A DNA stretch of 64,000 nucleotides, taken from sequence record NC_031934.1. One strand, written 5' to 3'. The DNA comes from Escherichia phage MX01. A program made the translations under genes and the position numbers. Shown here in pieces: positions 19,744 through 28,325 of this stretch (the first letter of the stretch is position 1; each line of letters opens with the position of its first letter). The notes under the pieces were generated by a model. That model did not search any database, had not been told where the DNA came from, and saw nothing but the letters and a program-made list of their open reading frames with translations.

Positions 19744-21828
19744 TTACCCTTGGATGAATTTTTCTGGGATGTCATAGAGGTCTATGCATGAAGCCAAAAG
19801 AGACAGCACATCAACCCGTGTAGATTTAACAAATGAATCAAAAGATACAGGGCTTTCGGAAGTATCGAAATCATCTTGATATACGACCAACTCGCCGGTT
19901 TCCATTAGTACGTCACCATCATACACCACAGATTCTTGAAGCTCATCTGTTGTCATAACTTCGGCTTGGATGAGTTTTGTATTATTAGATGTTGTTCCAT
20001 CATTATTAGAAGCATCTGTTATTTTATTAACTTTGACCATTAATCCACGTGGTAGAATAACTTCAGCTTCAGTTGCTATTCCGAGATTTCCTGGATATAC
20101 AACATTAACTTTATGAGCCCCATCAATCGCCCATCCTATTTGAACTTTAACGTATTCAGGATTTTCTTTATATGCTCTTATTTCATTAGGATTGATAGTT
20201 ATTCCTTCTTCATTTTTATCGACTGTCAATTCATTGCGAACTTCAGGTTCTAAAAGACCAATACCTGCGTGGGTAACACCAAAACGTCCGAAAATGATAG
20301 GAGTTAATGAAGTAGATACAAAATTTCTAAAATAAAACACTTTATTTTTAACTAGTGCTTCGTATATAGGAGCAGTCATACTCTGTGCACGATAAACTGT
20401 GATGCCTTCTGGTATACGGTCGCCATTTTCAAAAGCAGAATCCAAATTATTAACTGCAGATTCGATATCTTTTTCACTCATAATCTCATAGTTATGAGGA
20501 TTGTAACGACCTAAAAGAAGGTTATTTATATCGCCGTATCCAGAGCCACAATATTCTCTGATGCCACGCTTTTGCGATGGGGTATATTTAGAACCCTCAC
20601 GAGCAATAGTAATATCAACCATTGAACCACCACCCACACCAGCAAAACTATATACGCGTTTTTTAATGAATTTGGTCTTGGCTGCTTTCCACTTGGACTC
20701 GGTCAATTCATTCCAGAGGTCATCAGGTTGTCCTTTACGAGTTTTGTTATGCGTAGCCAACCACTCGCCTTTGTATTCTTCGAAAACGGTATTAATAGCA
20801 GAGGCATATTTTTCTAGAGCTTTAACAGATGTCAAAGGTTCGTTTTTGATGGCTGATAGGATTTTCTCTTTAATTTTCTCTTTGATTTCACCTATACCGT
20901 GAAGAGGAAACATTTTATAATCGTAATGCAATTCTTCAGCAGTACCTTCAGCTACTATATTAGCAACCTTATTTTTAGCCGCAGGAGAATTGTTATTAGT
21001 AACCATTTCCTGGGCCTCAGGGATTAATGGAACTGTTGCCGGTTTATTAAAATCCGCTGCAGTAGCTTCATATTTCTTAAACAATTCACTTTCATTACGA
21101 TAAGATTCCAATGATTGGCTTGCTGCAATGGCGCGCCTAGAAATCTTAGTCTTGGTTATAACCATTTTATCAGTGCGACGTTCTTCAACCTTAGCAATAC
21201 TGCCGGCAATAGCAGTTTCTTTAGTAACCTGCACACCTTCTTTTTTGGAAATATAAACTTCACCGACATCAGAATCTACCTTAGTATACAATTCAGCATT
21301 AATTCCAGGCATACCTTTGATATCTTCGATATCAGCTTGTTTACGGACTACCAGGATGTAAGTATGTTTACCGGTAAATTGGTACATAGCCGGAACCACT
21401 TTAAAACGTCCACCGGTTTTCTGTGTTACCAAACGTTGGATAATACGTTGAACGATAGGGCCTTGACCTTTCATTTTCTTGGTAGGAAAACGGAACATCA
21501 CGGCATCCATACGAAGCTTTTTAACTTGGTCATAAACCACATCAAAAATAGTATTAATCGCATCTACAGGAGTAGGGCCAAGGCCACCTTTAAGTTCGGC
21601 TGGAGTACCTTTAGCTGAAAGGCTCATAAGGATAACGTGGGCATATTTATCACCCATTTTAACTTGTTTAATAGCATCACCTTCAGAAGCGTAGGATACC
21701 ATACGAGCAACTAATTGGGACTCTGCATCGCCAATCTTCCAAATCTGGGGTACTTTAAGTTTTGGGTTCAAGTTTACTGTAGGCAGAGTGCCTTCGGACT
21801 CAAACACTTCATTTAATTGTTCGGTCAT
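19744..21828 (-). CDS. alt: Alt-like ADP-ribosyltransferase, paralogue 3
   Basis: 694 aa; same N-terminal module; VYRAQ, FVSTSLTP, EAEVILPRG. Confidence 0.85.
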   Translation of the reverse strand: MTEQLNEVFESEGTLPTVNLNPKLKVPQIWKIGDAESQLVARMVSYASEGDAIKQVKMGDKYAHVILMSLSAKGTPAELKGGLGPTPVDAINTIFDVVYDQVKKLRMDAVMFRFPTKKMKGQGPIVQRIIQRLVTQKTGGRFKVVPAMYQFTGKHTYILVVRKQADIEDIKGMPGINAELYTKVDSDVGEVYISKKEGVQVTKETAIAGSIAKVEERRTDKMVITKTKISRRAIAASQSLESYRNESELFKKYEATAADFNKPATVPLIPEAQEMVTNNNSPAAKNKVANIVAEGTAEELHYDYKMFPLHGIGEIKEKIKEKILSAIKNEPLTSVKALEKYASAINTVFEEYKGEWLATHNKTRKGQPDDLWNELTESKWKAAKTKFIKKRVYSFAGVGGGSMVDITIAREGSKYTPSQKRGIREYCGSGYGDINNLLLGRYNPHNYEIMSEKDIESAVNNLDSAFENGDRIPEGITVYRAQSMTAPIYEALVKNKVFYFRNFVSTSLTPIIFGRFGVTHAGIGLLEPEVRNELTVDKNEEGITINPNEIRAYKENPEYVKVQIGWAIDGAHKVNVVYPGNLGIATEAEVILPRGLMVKVNKITDASNNDGTTSNNTKLIQAEVMTTDELQESVVYDGDVLMETGELVVYQDDFDTSESPVSFDSFVKSTRVDVLSLLASCIDLYDIPEKFIQG

Positions 21829-21864
21829 AATAATTCCTCTTTAATAACCTTATTTATGCCAGAA

Positions 21865-21880
21865 AAGGCCCGAAGGCCTT
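21865..21880 (-). terminator. UUCG-tetraloop hairpin upstream of the alt array
   Basis: Minus-sense AAGGCC-UUCG-GGCCUU. Confidence 0.55.
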
Positions 21881-22061
21881 AAAGTGGTAGCAACGTACGG
21901 TATACTTCAAATTTAGGACCCTTTTCATAGCGGTCGAAATTATCTTTAAAATCAGCGAATGCGATTTCATTTTCAAATTCAAGGACAATTTGGGACACTG
22001 CAGTGGAGACATCCCCACCTTCTTTATATCCAATAACCACGGTTTCTAAATAAGCTTTCAT
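21879..22061 (-). CDS. Hypothetical small protein (60 aa) downstream of ligase
   Basis: ORF starting 1 nt after the ligase stop (TAAtATG junction). Confidence 0.45.
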   Translation of the reverse strand: MKAYLETVVIGYKEGGDVSTAVSQIVLEFENEIAFADFKDNFDRYEKGPKFEVYRTLLPL

Positions 22062-22062
22062 A

Positions 22063-23586
22063 TTATAGTCCAGTTTGAGACCAATCACCAAATACATCTT
22101 CAAATGTATCAGCTTCTGTTTTATCGAAACGCCAACCTTTAATGATTGGAAGGAAAATACCTACAGTATCGGTACGTCCTTTAGAATGAACCCAACCATT
22201 ACATTCACAGTCAGCAATACGTCCAATCAACTTACCTTCACGAGCTTGTTTCATAAGAAGTTCACGGTCTAAATCAGGACGGTCTTCCAATGGAATCAAT
22301 ACTTTTTTACCTGATTTATCTTTCTTATGGGTGGTATCTTTAAAGCCTGAACCACAGTCGCTTGTAATTCGACGACAACGTGATACCAACTCGACACCAC
22401 CTAGCTTGTTAGGGTCCTTCGAGTGTTCATAATAACCCACCACTTCTAAAGCAATATCGATTACTTCTTTGAACTTGATAAGATTCTTAGAACGACGGTT
22501 TTCCCAGTAGGAGTCCATGTTCTTAAGGATAATGCCTTCCAGACCCTGGTCGACATATTTCTTATAAACGACTTTAGCTTCTTCAAGATTATTAACCCAC
22601 CGGTTTTCGATAGCTTCAACACGCGTTGTACCATGCAATACGACATTATGAGCAACCATAAGTTCTAAGGCTGTAAAGCGTACATCATACTTATCGCCTT
22701 TAATTTTACCTTCGGAATATACGACATCCAATGGGACATAATCCCATGCCTGTAATACCATACCAGCGGCTTCAGTAGCCGAAATAGTTCCTTGAAGAGC
22801 TTTGTTAGCCAAGCCATTTGACGTAGAACGATTGGCGACAGTTTGGAATTCCTTAGCCTTACTTAATTCAGGAAGTTCCTCGTCAAACATACTAAACAAA
22901 TCATTAGATGCTTTAGGTTCTACCTTAGGAGTATGGTAAACTAATTCGCCATCAATCATAACGCCATTAGGATGGCGTTGTCGAGCTTCTTCGGTCATGG
23001 CCATTAATTCAGCCGCCAAAAGATTAAGCCCTTGATATTCGTTACCACCACGAGTAAGGAATGTCACACCATCGTTACGAACTTCGGCAAAACAACGAGC
23101 ACCATCAGCTTTTAATTGAGCAAACGCTGGCCATTTAATATTTTTCTTAATCAAAGCTTCATCATAAGAACTCGCCAACATCTGCGGTTGTTCAGGGATT
23201 AAACCTTTCCAAACCTTGTTAGCAATAGAAATCGATGCACCACATTCAAGGTCGCGCATCATTACACGACGTAATACCTCGGCATCCGGGGCCTTAGCAT
23301 CAGCAATGATTTGAGCCAGTTCTTCAATAGCCGCATTACCCGTAATCTTACGTGTGGCTAATGTGAATTCAGCGAAATCAAGAAGGTCTTCAAGAGTAAT
23401 CATACCAAAGGATTGAGATGTAAATCCAGGTTCTGGCCACTTTTTAATACCGTAGTTCAGACGACGGGTATAAGCCATACGATAAACACGTTTCAGAAGC
23501 TCATTGTCCTTTTCACGAGCAATAATGGCTTCTTTAGCTTTAGTAGAATCAATAGCAGCAATTTCGTTTAAAATATCTAAAATCAT
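22063..23586 (-). CDS. 30: ATP-dependent DNA ligase gp30
   Basis: Start at MILDILNEIAAI with GAGGT Shine-Dalgarno; KADGAR adenylation motif; matches T4 ligase as recalled. Confidence 0.9.
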   Translation of the reverse strand: MILDILNEIAAIDSTKAKEAIIAREKDNELLKRVYRMAYTRRLNYGIKKWPEPGFTSQSFGMITLEDLLDFAEFTLATRKITGNAAIEELAQIIADAKAPDAEVLRRVMMRDLECGASISIANKVWKGLIPEQPQMLASSYDEALIKKNIKWPAFAQLKADGARCFAEVRNDGVTFLTRGGNEYQGLNLLAAELMAMTEEARQRHPNGVMIDGELVYHTPKVEPKASNDLFSMFDEELPELSKAKEFQTVANRSTSNGLANKALQGTISATEAAGMVLQAWDYVPLDVVYSEGKIKGDKYDVRFTALELMVAHNVVLHGTTRVEAIENRWVNNLEEAKVVYKKYVDQGLEGIILKNMDSYWENRRSKNLIKFKEVIDIALEVVGYYEHSKDPNKLGGVELVSRCRRITSDCGSGFKDTTHKKDKSGKKVLIPLEDRPDLDRELLMKQAREGKLIGRIADCECNGWVHSKGRTDTVGIFLPIIKGWRFDKTEADTFEDVFGDWSQTGL

Positions 23587-23596
23587 AATCACCTCA

Positions 23597-23875
23597 TTAG
23601 TCATGGATTCTATTATAAGCCACATCAGCCAAAAGCAAGTCTAATCGCTTATGATAAGAGAACACAAATCTCATTCGCCCATCAGATTTGAACTTGGACA
23701 TAAAGTGGACATAAATGAATCCCTGTTCGACGCATTCGCGCCAAACAGGATGGTCTTTAGCCGGATTTACATCAAATGAGTAATCATGATTCACATGACG
23801 AATAAACTGGTTTACATGACCATAATCCATTGTAGTGGTAGGACCATAGTCTGAAATTGTATGAACTACAAACAT
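23597..23875 (-). CDS. Hypothetical protein (92 aa), 30.1-position
   Basis: ORF starting 1 nt after the upstream stop (TAAtATG). Confidence 0.45.
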   Translation of the reverse strand: MFVVHTISDYGPTTTMDYGHVNQFIRHVNHDYSFDVNPAKDHPVWRECVEQGFIYVHFMSKFKSDGRMRFVFSYHKRLDLLLADVAYNRIHD

Positions 23876-23876
23876 A

Positions 23877-24515
23877 TTAACCTCGAGCAATCCATTCAAC
23901 TGCGGCATTATTACGAAGGGATTCGATTGCTGCGATATCGTCCCATGAATTAACCTTTACGGCTAAATTAGGTTTAAAGTCACGTTCACCACGAGCTAAC
24001 CAATAAACTTGGATATCCATGAGAACATTAGATGCAGCATCACAGTGGTGAGCCAAATCATCAACATAAAACTTAATACGTTTACCGTACGTATTTTTAG
24101 CTCTTATGAAGAGGTCTTCTTTTGATTCTGAATGACCACACATCAGAATCTCCTTGAATGCGCCAGGGAACAAAGCATTCAAATTGAATTGTCTATTCAG
24201 CAGTGCATCAATTGAGTCGCCTAGCGCAGTCACGGCTACAAAATCGAAGTCTTTTTTGAGCTTGTTGATATGTTTTAATGCGTCCATGTAAGGAGACAGA
24301 TAACGAATAAAATCTGACTGATTGTACTTCTCGATTAAACGAGCGCCTAATTCATTATCACAATTAAACAGCTCACCAGGAGATAAGAAACGTTCGTCCT
24401 GAATCATATTCAAAATATGTTCTAAAGGCAAATTATATTTCTGTGCGAAATAAGGCAAGCCGGACTGCCAACTTAAACATACTCCATCGATATCTGTTAA
24501 GATAACTGGTTTCAT
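23877..24515 (-). CDS. HAD-superfamily phosphatase-like protein
   Basis: 212 aa; HAD motif I DIDGV near the N-terminus and a DD motif (VDDLAHH) near the C-terminus. Confidence 0.5.
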   Translation of the reverse strand: MKPVILTDIDGVCLSWQSGLPYFAQKYNLPLEHILNMIQDERFLSPGELFNCDNELGARLIEKYNQSDFIRYLSPYMDALKHINKLKKDFDFVAVTALGDSIDALLNRQFNLNALFPGAFKEILMCGHSESKEDLFIRAKNTYGKRIKFYVDDLAHHCDAASNVLMDIQVYWLARGERDFKPNLAVKVNSWDDIAAIESLRNNAAVEWIARG

Positions 24516-24979
24516 AATAAATCTCTCAATTTGTTTAGGATGTCGATAAACTCTTTTTCAGTTAGTATTGTATCACATTCTGTAAGGTGGCTCGCCATCG
24601 AATGCTTTAAAACTTTGCCCTTTGTAGCTTGTAATGCGTCGCGGAATCCTTTGTTTTGGAGCGCTGCTTCAAAATATGCATTTGTATACAACTCTTTCCA
24701 TGATGTAGAGTATCTTGAAAAGGGAATTCCAAGCCAGAAAAGCGTCCCACGGTCCGCAGCTCTTGCATAAGCTCTTCCAGTTTGTTGTGCGGCCAGACCG
24801 GACATCCTAAATATACGTTTTTGTTGTTCATGATTTCTCACCTTACACCCTTGGAGGAATCCTTCGAGTCCACCAAATTGGATACCATCCATAACGAAAG
24901 GCCATTTAGCAAAGTTACTTAATGCACACGATGGCCACGGAAAATTACTTCTGATTTCTAACTCAGACATCTTTGACAC
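24512..24979 (-). CDS. NADAR (YbiA-like, DUF1768) domain protein
   Basis: 155 aa; SNFAKWPFVMDGIQFGGLEGFLQGCK and downstream segment resemble E. coli YbiA as recalled; no search run. Confidence 0.5.
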   Translation of the reverse strand: MSKMSELEIRSNFPWPSCALSNFAKWPFVMDGIQFGGLEGFLQGCKVRNHEQQKRIFRMSGLAAQQTGRAYARAADRGTLFWLGIPFSRYSTSWKELYTNAYFEAALQNKGFRDALQATKGKVLKHSMASHLTECDTILTEKEFIDILNKLRDLL

Positions 24980-25175
24980 TTATAATTTCGACATCAGCCC
25001 AATGCCCGTAACCAGGCAGACGGTCTTCAATAGATAATCCGCCATCAGATTTCAGCATTTTAATTGTTTTAGTATATGGTTCATCTTGCGGATGCACAGG
25101 AGATAAATCAGTTACACGATAAGTCACTTCGACCATTTCCGTACCTAATAATTTCTGAATCAATTTCTTAACCAT
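24963..25175 (-). CDS. Hypothetical protein (70 aa)
   Basis: ORF in early-gene run, same strand, tightly packed. Confidence 0.45.
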   Translation of the reverse strand: MVKKLIQKLLGTEMVEVTYRVTDLSPVHPQDEPYTKTIKMLKSDGGLSIEDRLPGYGHWADVEIISVKDV

Positions 25176-25176
25176 A

Positions 25177-25371
25177 TTATCCTCGCTTTAAACATTTGAT
25201 TACAGACAGTTCACCACCCGTGCGAACATCTTCAGTTCCATCGACCCATAGGACGGTGTAGGCTTCTTTAATAGTAACATTACCTAATTTAAAAGCAGGT
25301 AGAACCTTTGAAATCATTCCAGGAATACCTACACCTTTTAGCTGAACAGTTTGTGATAAGAATAGTTGCAT
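25177..25371 (-). CDS. Hypothetical protein (64 aa)
   Basis: ORF in early-gene run. Confidence 0.4.
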   Translation of the reverse strand: MQLFLSQTVQLKGVGIPGMISKVLPAFKLGNVTIKEAYTVLWVDGTEDVRTGGELSVIKCLKRG

Positions 25372-25658
25372 TAGAACCTCATCTGAAAGCCATGTGATTT
25401 AACATTACCGCCGTAGATGTCAGACGTATTGACTTCACGGGCAGCGCTCGGGTCGATATTGATATCATGGTTGAGCTTAGTGATTGCTAGGGTATCACGA
25501 CCATTAACAGTACGGAATTCTACCGGGCATACAACATCGGCGTAAGCCTTAATAGATTCACGAGTGGGCTGTTTGTCGGCAGGAACGTCTTTACCCGCTT
25601 TAGAGAAAACAACTTCACAGAAATTTTTACGAGTATCGAAATAAGTGGTCATAAACAT
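25371..25658 (-). CDS. Hypothetical protein (95 aa)
   Basis: ORF with GAGGA Shine-Dalgarno and an upstream hairpin. Confidence 0.5.
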   Translation of the reverse strand: MFMTTYFDTRKNFCEVVFSKAGKDVPADKQPTRESIKAYADVVCPVEFRTVNGRDTLAITKLNHDINIDPSAAREVNTSDIYGGNVKSHGFQMRF

Positions 25659-25698
25659 AATATTTTCCTCAAAGGGGCCGAAGCCTCCATTTTTAAGA

Positions 25699-26064
25699 TT
25701 AGATATCGAATTCGTTCAGAACTACATCAAAGATTGCTTCCAGGTGTTCAGGTTTAGCTCGGTTGCTCAGGATGTGACGAATCCAAGTTTTAACCAGAAG
25801 CTTACGATTAACACCGTTCCAGCAAGGATGGGTACCTAAATCACGTTGACGGAAATCATCATCTAAAGCGATTTTAAAAGTAGAACCTTCCATTGTGATT
25901 GAAACCGTAATACCATTTTCAAAGCGCATATAAACGTAGTTAGGAGTCATGCACTGTTCGATTTCGCACACCGCGCCGTTGTTGTGTTTCCACAGGCAAA
26001 TAACTTCAGAAGAACCAGCGATACCGTTAGAAACATATTTACGTTCGAAGTTGATGTAGTTCAT
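25699..26064 (-). CDS. Hypothetical protein (121 aa)
   Basis: ORF preceded by GGAGAATAAAATG and the shared leader. Confidence 0.5.
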   Translation of the reverse strand: MNYINFERKYVSNGIAGSSEVICLWKHNNGAVCEIEQCMTPNYVYMRFENGITVSITMEGSTFKIALDDDFRQRDLGTHPCWNGVNRKLLVKTWIRHILSNRAKPEHLEAIFDVVLNEFDI

Positions 26065-26105
26065 TTTATTCTCCAGTTTGTTTTCGTATTATTTGGTACA
26101 GGTCT

Positions 26106-26134
26106 ATAATAACACAACCTGTACCAAAGTAAAA
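26106..26134 (-). promoter_or_regulatory. Candidate early promoter (variant -35)
   Basis: Minus-sense TTTTAC, 17-nt spacer, TATTAT, then the conserved leader. Confidence 0.35.
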
Positions 26135-26137
26135 CAT

Positions 26138-26470
26138 TTATTTCACAACATTCCAATTTTTCATATCAAGTTTACCAACTTTTTTCATCTGAGCAATCAG
26201 ACGTTCAGCGCGTGTACGGGCATTAACATAATAGAATTCACCATTTTTGTTTTCTTCAATACGACCAGTAATTACAGTTTTCAGTTCATAAATCCAACCT
26301 GTAAAGAAGTTGTGAAGCTCGATGGTGAACGTGAAATCAGTACCCGTACCTTCAGTTGTTTCAACTTCGATGATATCACCTTCAACTGCAGTCAGGACCC
26401 ACATGGTTTCTTGATATCCGCCGTTGAAACATTTAGCTTTAACAGATGCATTCAGATTTACAGTTTTCAT
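26138..26470 (-). CDS. Hypothetical protein (110 aa)
   Basis: ORF preceded by the same leader and Shine-Dalgarno as the neighbouring gene. Confidence 0.5.
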   Translation of the reverse strand: MKTVNLNASVKAKCFNGGYQETMWVLTAVEGDIIEVETTEGTGTDFTFTIELHNFFTGWIYELKTVITGRIEENKNGEFYYVNARTRAERLIAQMKKVGKLDMKNWNVVK

Positions 26471-26511
26471 TTTATTCTCCAGTTTGTTTTCGTATTATTT
26501 GGTACATGTCT

Positions 26512-26540
26512 ATAGTATCATGCCTACCGGAGATGTACAC
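26512..26540 (-). promoter_or_regulatory. Candidate early promoter (variant -35 GTGTAC)
   Basis: Minus-sense GTGTAC, 17-nt spacer, TACTAT, conserved leader. Confidence 0.4.
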
Positions 26541-26568
26541 CATTTTTTAAAGATTTAGAAACAAAAAT

Positions 26569-26586
26569 GGGACTCCGAAGAGTCCC
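26569..26586 (-). terminator. UUCG-tetraloop hairpin
   Basis: Minus-sense GGGACUC-UUCG-GAGUCCC, perfect 7-bp stem. Confidence 0.6.
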
Positions 26587-26591
26587 ATAAC

Positions 26592-26753
26592 TTATGCCTG
26601 AGGCTTACCAAAGCAAGCAGCATCTGCACGCAATACTGCACGAGCACGAGCTTGAAGCTTATCAACTACCTGATTGATACGCTTGTTGGACGCACGCTTG
26701 TAACCAGCGCGTTTAGAGGTACCGTCAACTACTTTAACTTCTTTCTTAGCCAT
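26592..26753 (-). CDS. Small basic protein (53 aa)
   Basis: Hand-translated MAKKEVKVVDGTSKRAGYKRASNKRINQVVDKLQARARAVLRADAACFGKPQA; not in ORF track; terminator hairpin immediately downstream. Confidence 0.35.
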   Translation of the reverse strand: MAKKEVKVVDGTSKRAGYKRASNKRINQVVDKLQARARAVLRADAACFGKPQA

Positions 26754-27020
26754 TTTAAATCTCTTAAATTAGAATGCAGGACTTATTGGCGTTGCCTGCG
26801 CAAGCCCTCAAGGGGAACATAGGTTTCGGATATTTAACGACAGGATAACCATAAACCTCGTCATCATACCAACCACGACTTAGACAGATAACCTTTTTCT
26901 GACGCGTGATAGTACAAAATACATTCAAGAGGTACACCGTAAAATTGTCGGGGCGGTACTTCTAAAACATACCGATTCGTAAATCGATAATCAGACAATT
27001 CGACGGCTCCTCGATTTAAC

Positions 27021-27269
27021 TTACTTCAGGGTAATAATAAAATGACGTACTGCTTTACGAGCTGCTGAAGCCAAAGGCTTAGAAAATTTCAGTTCATCTT
27101 TAGCTTCCAGTTCAGCAGCCAGAGTAGCCTGTGCTGGGTTCAGATGTTTGAAATAACGCAGGATTTCCAGTGCTTCGGCTTCAACATCAATAGATGCACC
27201 GTAGTTTTCGTGACCGTTGTTCCAAGCGTTGCGTTGCAGTTCAAGAGCGTGATTCAGATGTTTGTTCAT
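27021..27269 (-). CDS. rIII: rIII lysis-inhibition accessory protein
   Basis: 82 aa; position next to gene 31 and sequence MNK.LN.AL.LQR.AW.NGHE...YFKHLNPAQA consistent with T4 rIII as recalled. Confidence 0.7.
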   Translation of the reverse strand: MNKHLNHALELQRNAWNNGHENYGASIDVEAEALEILRYFKHLNPAQATLAAELEAKDELKFSKPLASAARKAVRHFIITLK

Positions 27270-27407
27270 TTTAGTTTCTCAATTCGAGATAAAGATTGGC
27301 GAGCACGTTCGTCTCAGTATTTCCAGCTGAGTTGTATCTCGCCGTATGGAAGAGGCTAACCCCATACACCAACCGAAGTTCTGTATGACATCAACCTCTT
27401 CGTAATT

Positions 27408-27731
27408 TTATTTATACAGGCAAGGAATTGCTTTATAATGACAGGTAACGAATTTTTGTTTAATTTCTTTAGGTTGTTTAATACCTAATGCAACCAACGG
27501 ATGAGGCACGTTAGCAATCTTACCCACAGGAAGTGGAGTCAAATCACCTACTTCACAAAAATCTTCAGGGACATCAGGTCCTACAGAATAAATTTCACAA
27601 AGTTCAGGGATTTCACCTTGATGAAGTTTGCCAATAACGATACCAGATGCAGTAGTTTCTTCATCGCCAGCTTGTTTTGGTTCGGAAACGAGAATAACAT
27701 ATTCTCCGACCGCTTTAATAGGAAGTTCCAT
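27408..27731 (-). CDS. 31: Co-chaperonin gp31 (GroES-like)
   Basis: 107 aa; [18 protein letters not shown] and C-terminal [17 protein letters not shown] match T4 gp31 as recalled. Confidence 0.9.
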   Translation of the reverse strand: MELPIKAVGEYVILVSEPKQAGDEETTASGIVIGKLHQGEIPELCEIYSVGPDVPEDFCEVGDLTPLPVGKIANVPHPLVALGIKQPKEIKQKFVTCHYKAIPCLYK

Positions 27732-27789
27732 ATTTAATCCATATTGTTTTGTTGATAGATTAATAATAACACGCTATTCTTAAAGCATA

Positions 27790-28089
27790 TTACAGGACAA
27801 GCAGAGTTTCGGTCTGAAGGCCGTTAACAGAAATCAGCTTATCGAAACGGAATGAACGCCAATCATTAACCTTGGTATCAAATACTCTGATATAATTAAC
27901 AGGTTCTTTATTGGCTTCCGGCCCAGGGGCCTGGACTTCTTTATACGGAAGCAGGTCTAAGTCACGGGTACAAGTCATGCGACGGGCACTACCATCGGCT
28001 TTTTCAAACAGGACTTCGTGAAAACCAACAGACAAAATAGTCTTGACTTTTTCACGGAGACGAATTGTTTCTTGTTCAGTTAAAATCAT
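27790..28089 (-). CDS. Hypothetical protein (99 aa)
   Basis: ORF between cd and 31. Confidence 0.5.
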   Translation of the reverse strand: MILTEQETIRLREKVKTILSVGFHEVLFEKADGSARRMTCTRDLDLLPYKEVQAPGPEANKEPVNYIRVFDTKVNDWRSFRFDKLISVNGLQTETLLVL

Positions 28090-28091
28090 AA

Positions 28092-28325
28092 TTATTCCAG
28101 AATAGTTTTGATAGTGGTTGCGTTACGCTCTTTTAGAGCTCTTAATAGGTTATGACAATTATCAAGAATAGGCACCGTTTTATATTTCATTTCGGCGCGA
28201 ACCCAATCAGATTTATAGTACGATTTCCATCGAGAGAAAAAGTACTTTTTATATTCTACTGAATAGGCTACTAAGCTTTCACCTTTTGAGTTCAGACCTG
28301 AAAATTTAACTAGACGAAATTTCAT
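28092..28325 (-). CDS. Hypothetical protein (77 aa)
   Basis: ORF between cd and 31. Confidence 0.45.
   Translation of the reverse strand: MKFRLVKFSGLNSKGESLVAYSVEYKKYFFSRWKSYYKSDWVRAEMKYKTVPILDNCHNLLRALKERNATTIKTILE

Noticed and set aside
21115-21618. 167-aa plus-strand ORF (similar antisense ORFs occur at 15800-16129, 16744-17208 and 20561-20902)
   Set aside because: Lies entirely inside the minus-strand Alt genes on the opposite strand; no start context; typical shadow ORFs of a long coding region.
15568-21828. Alt region considered as a repeat array or CRISPR-like structure
   Set aside because: The repeats are kilobase-scale, partially diverged paralogous coding sequences, not short direct repeats with spacers.
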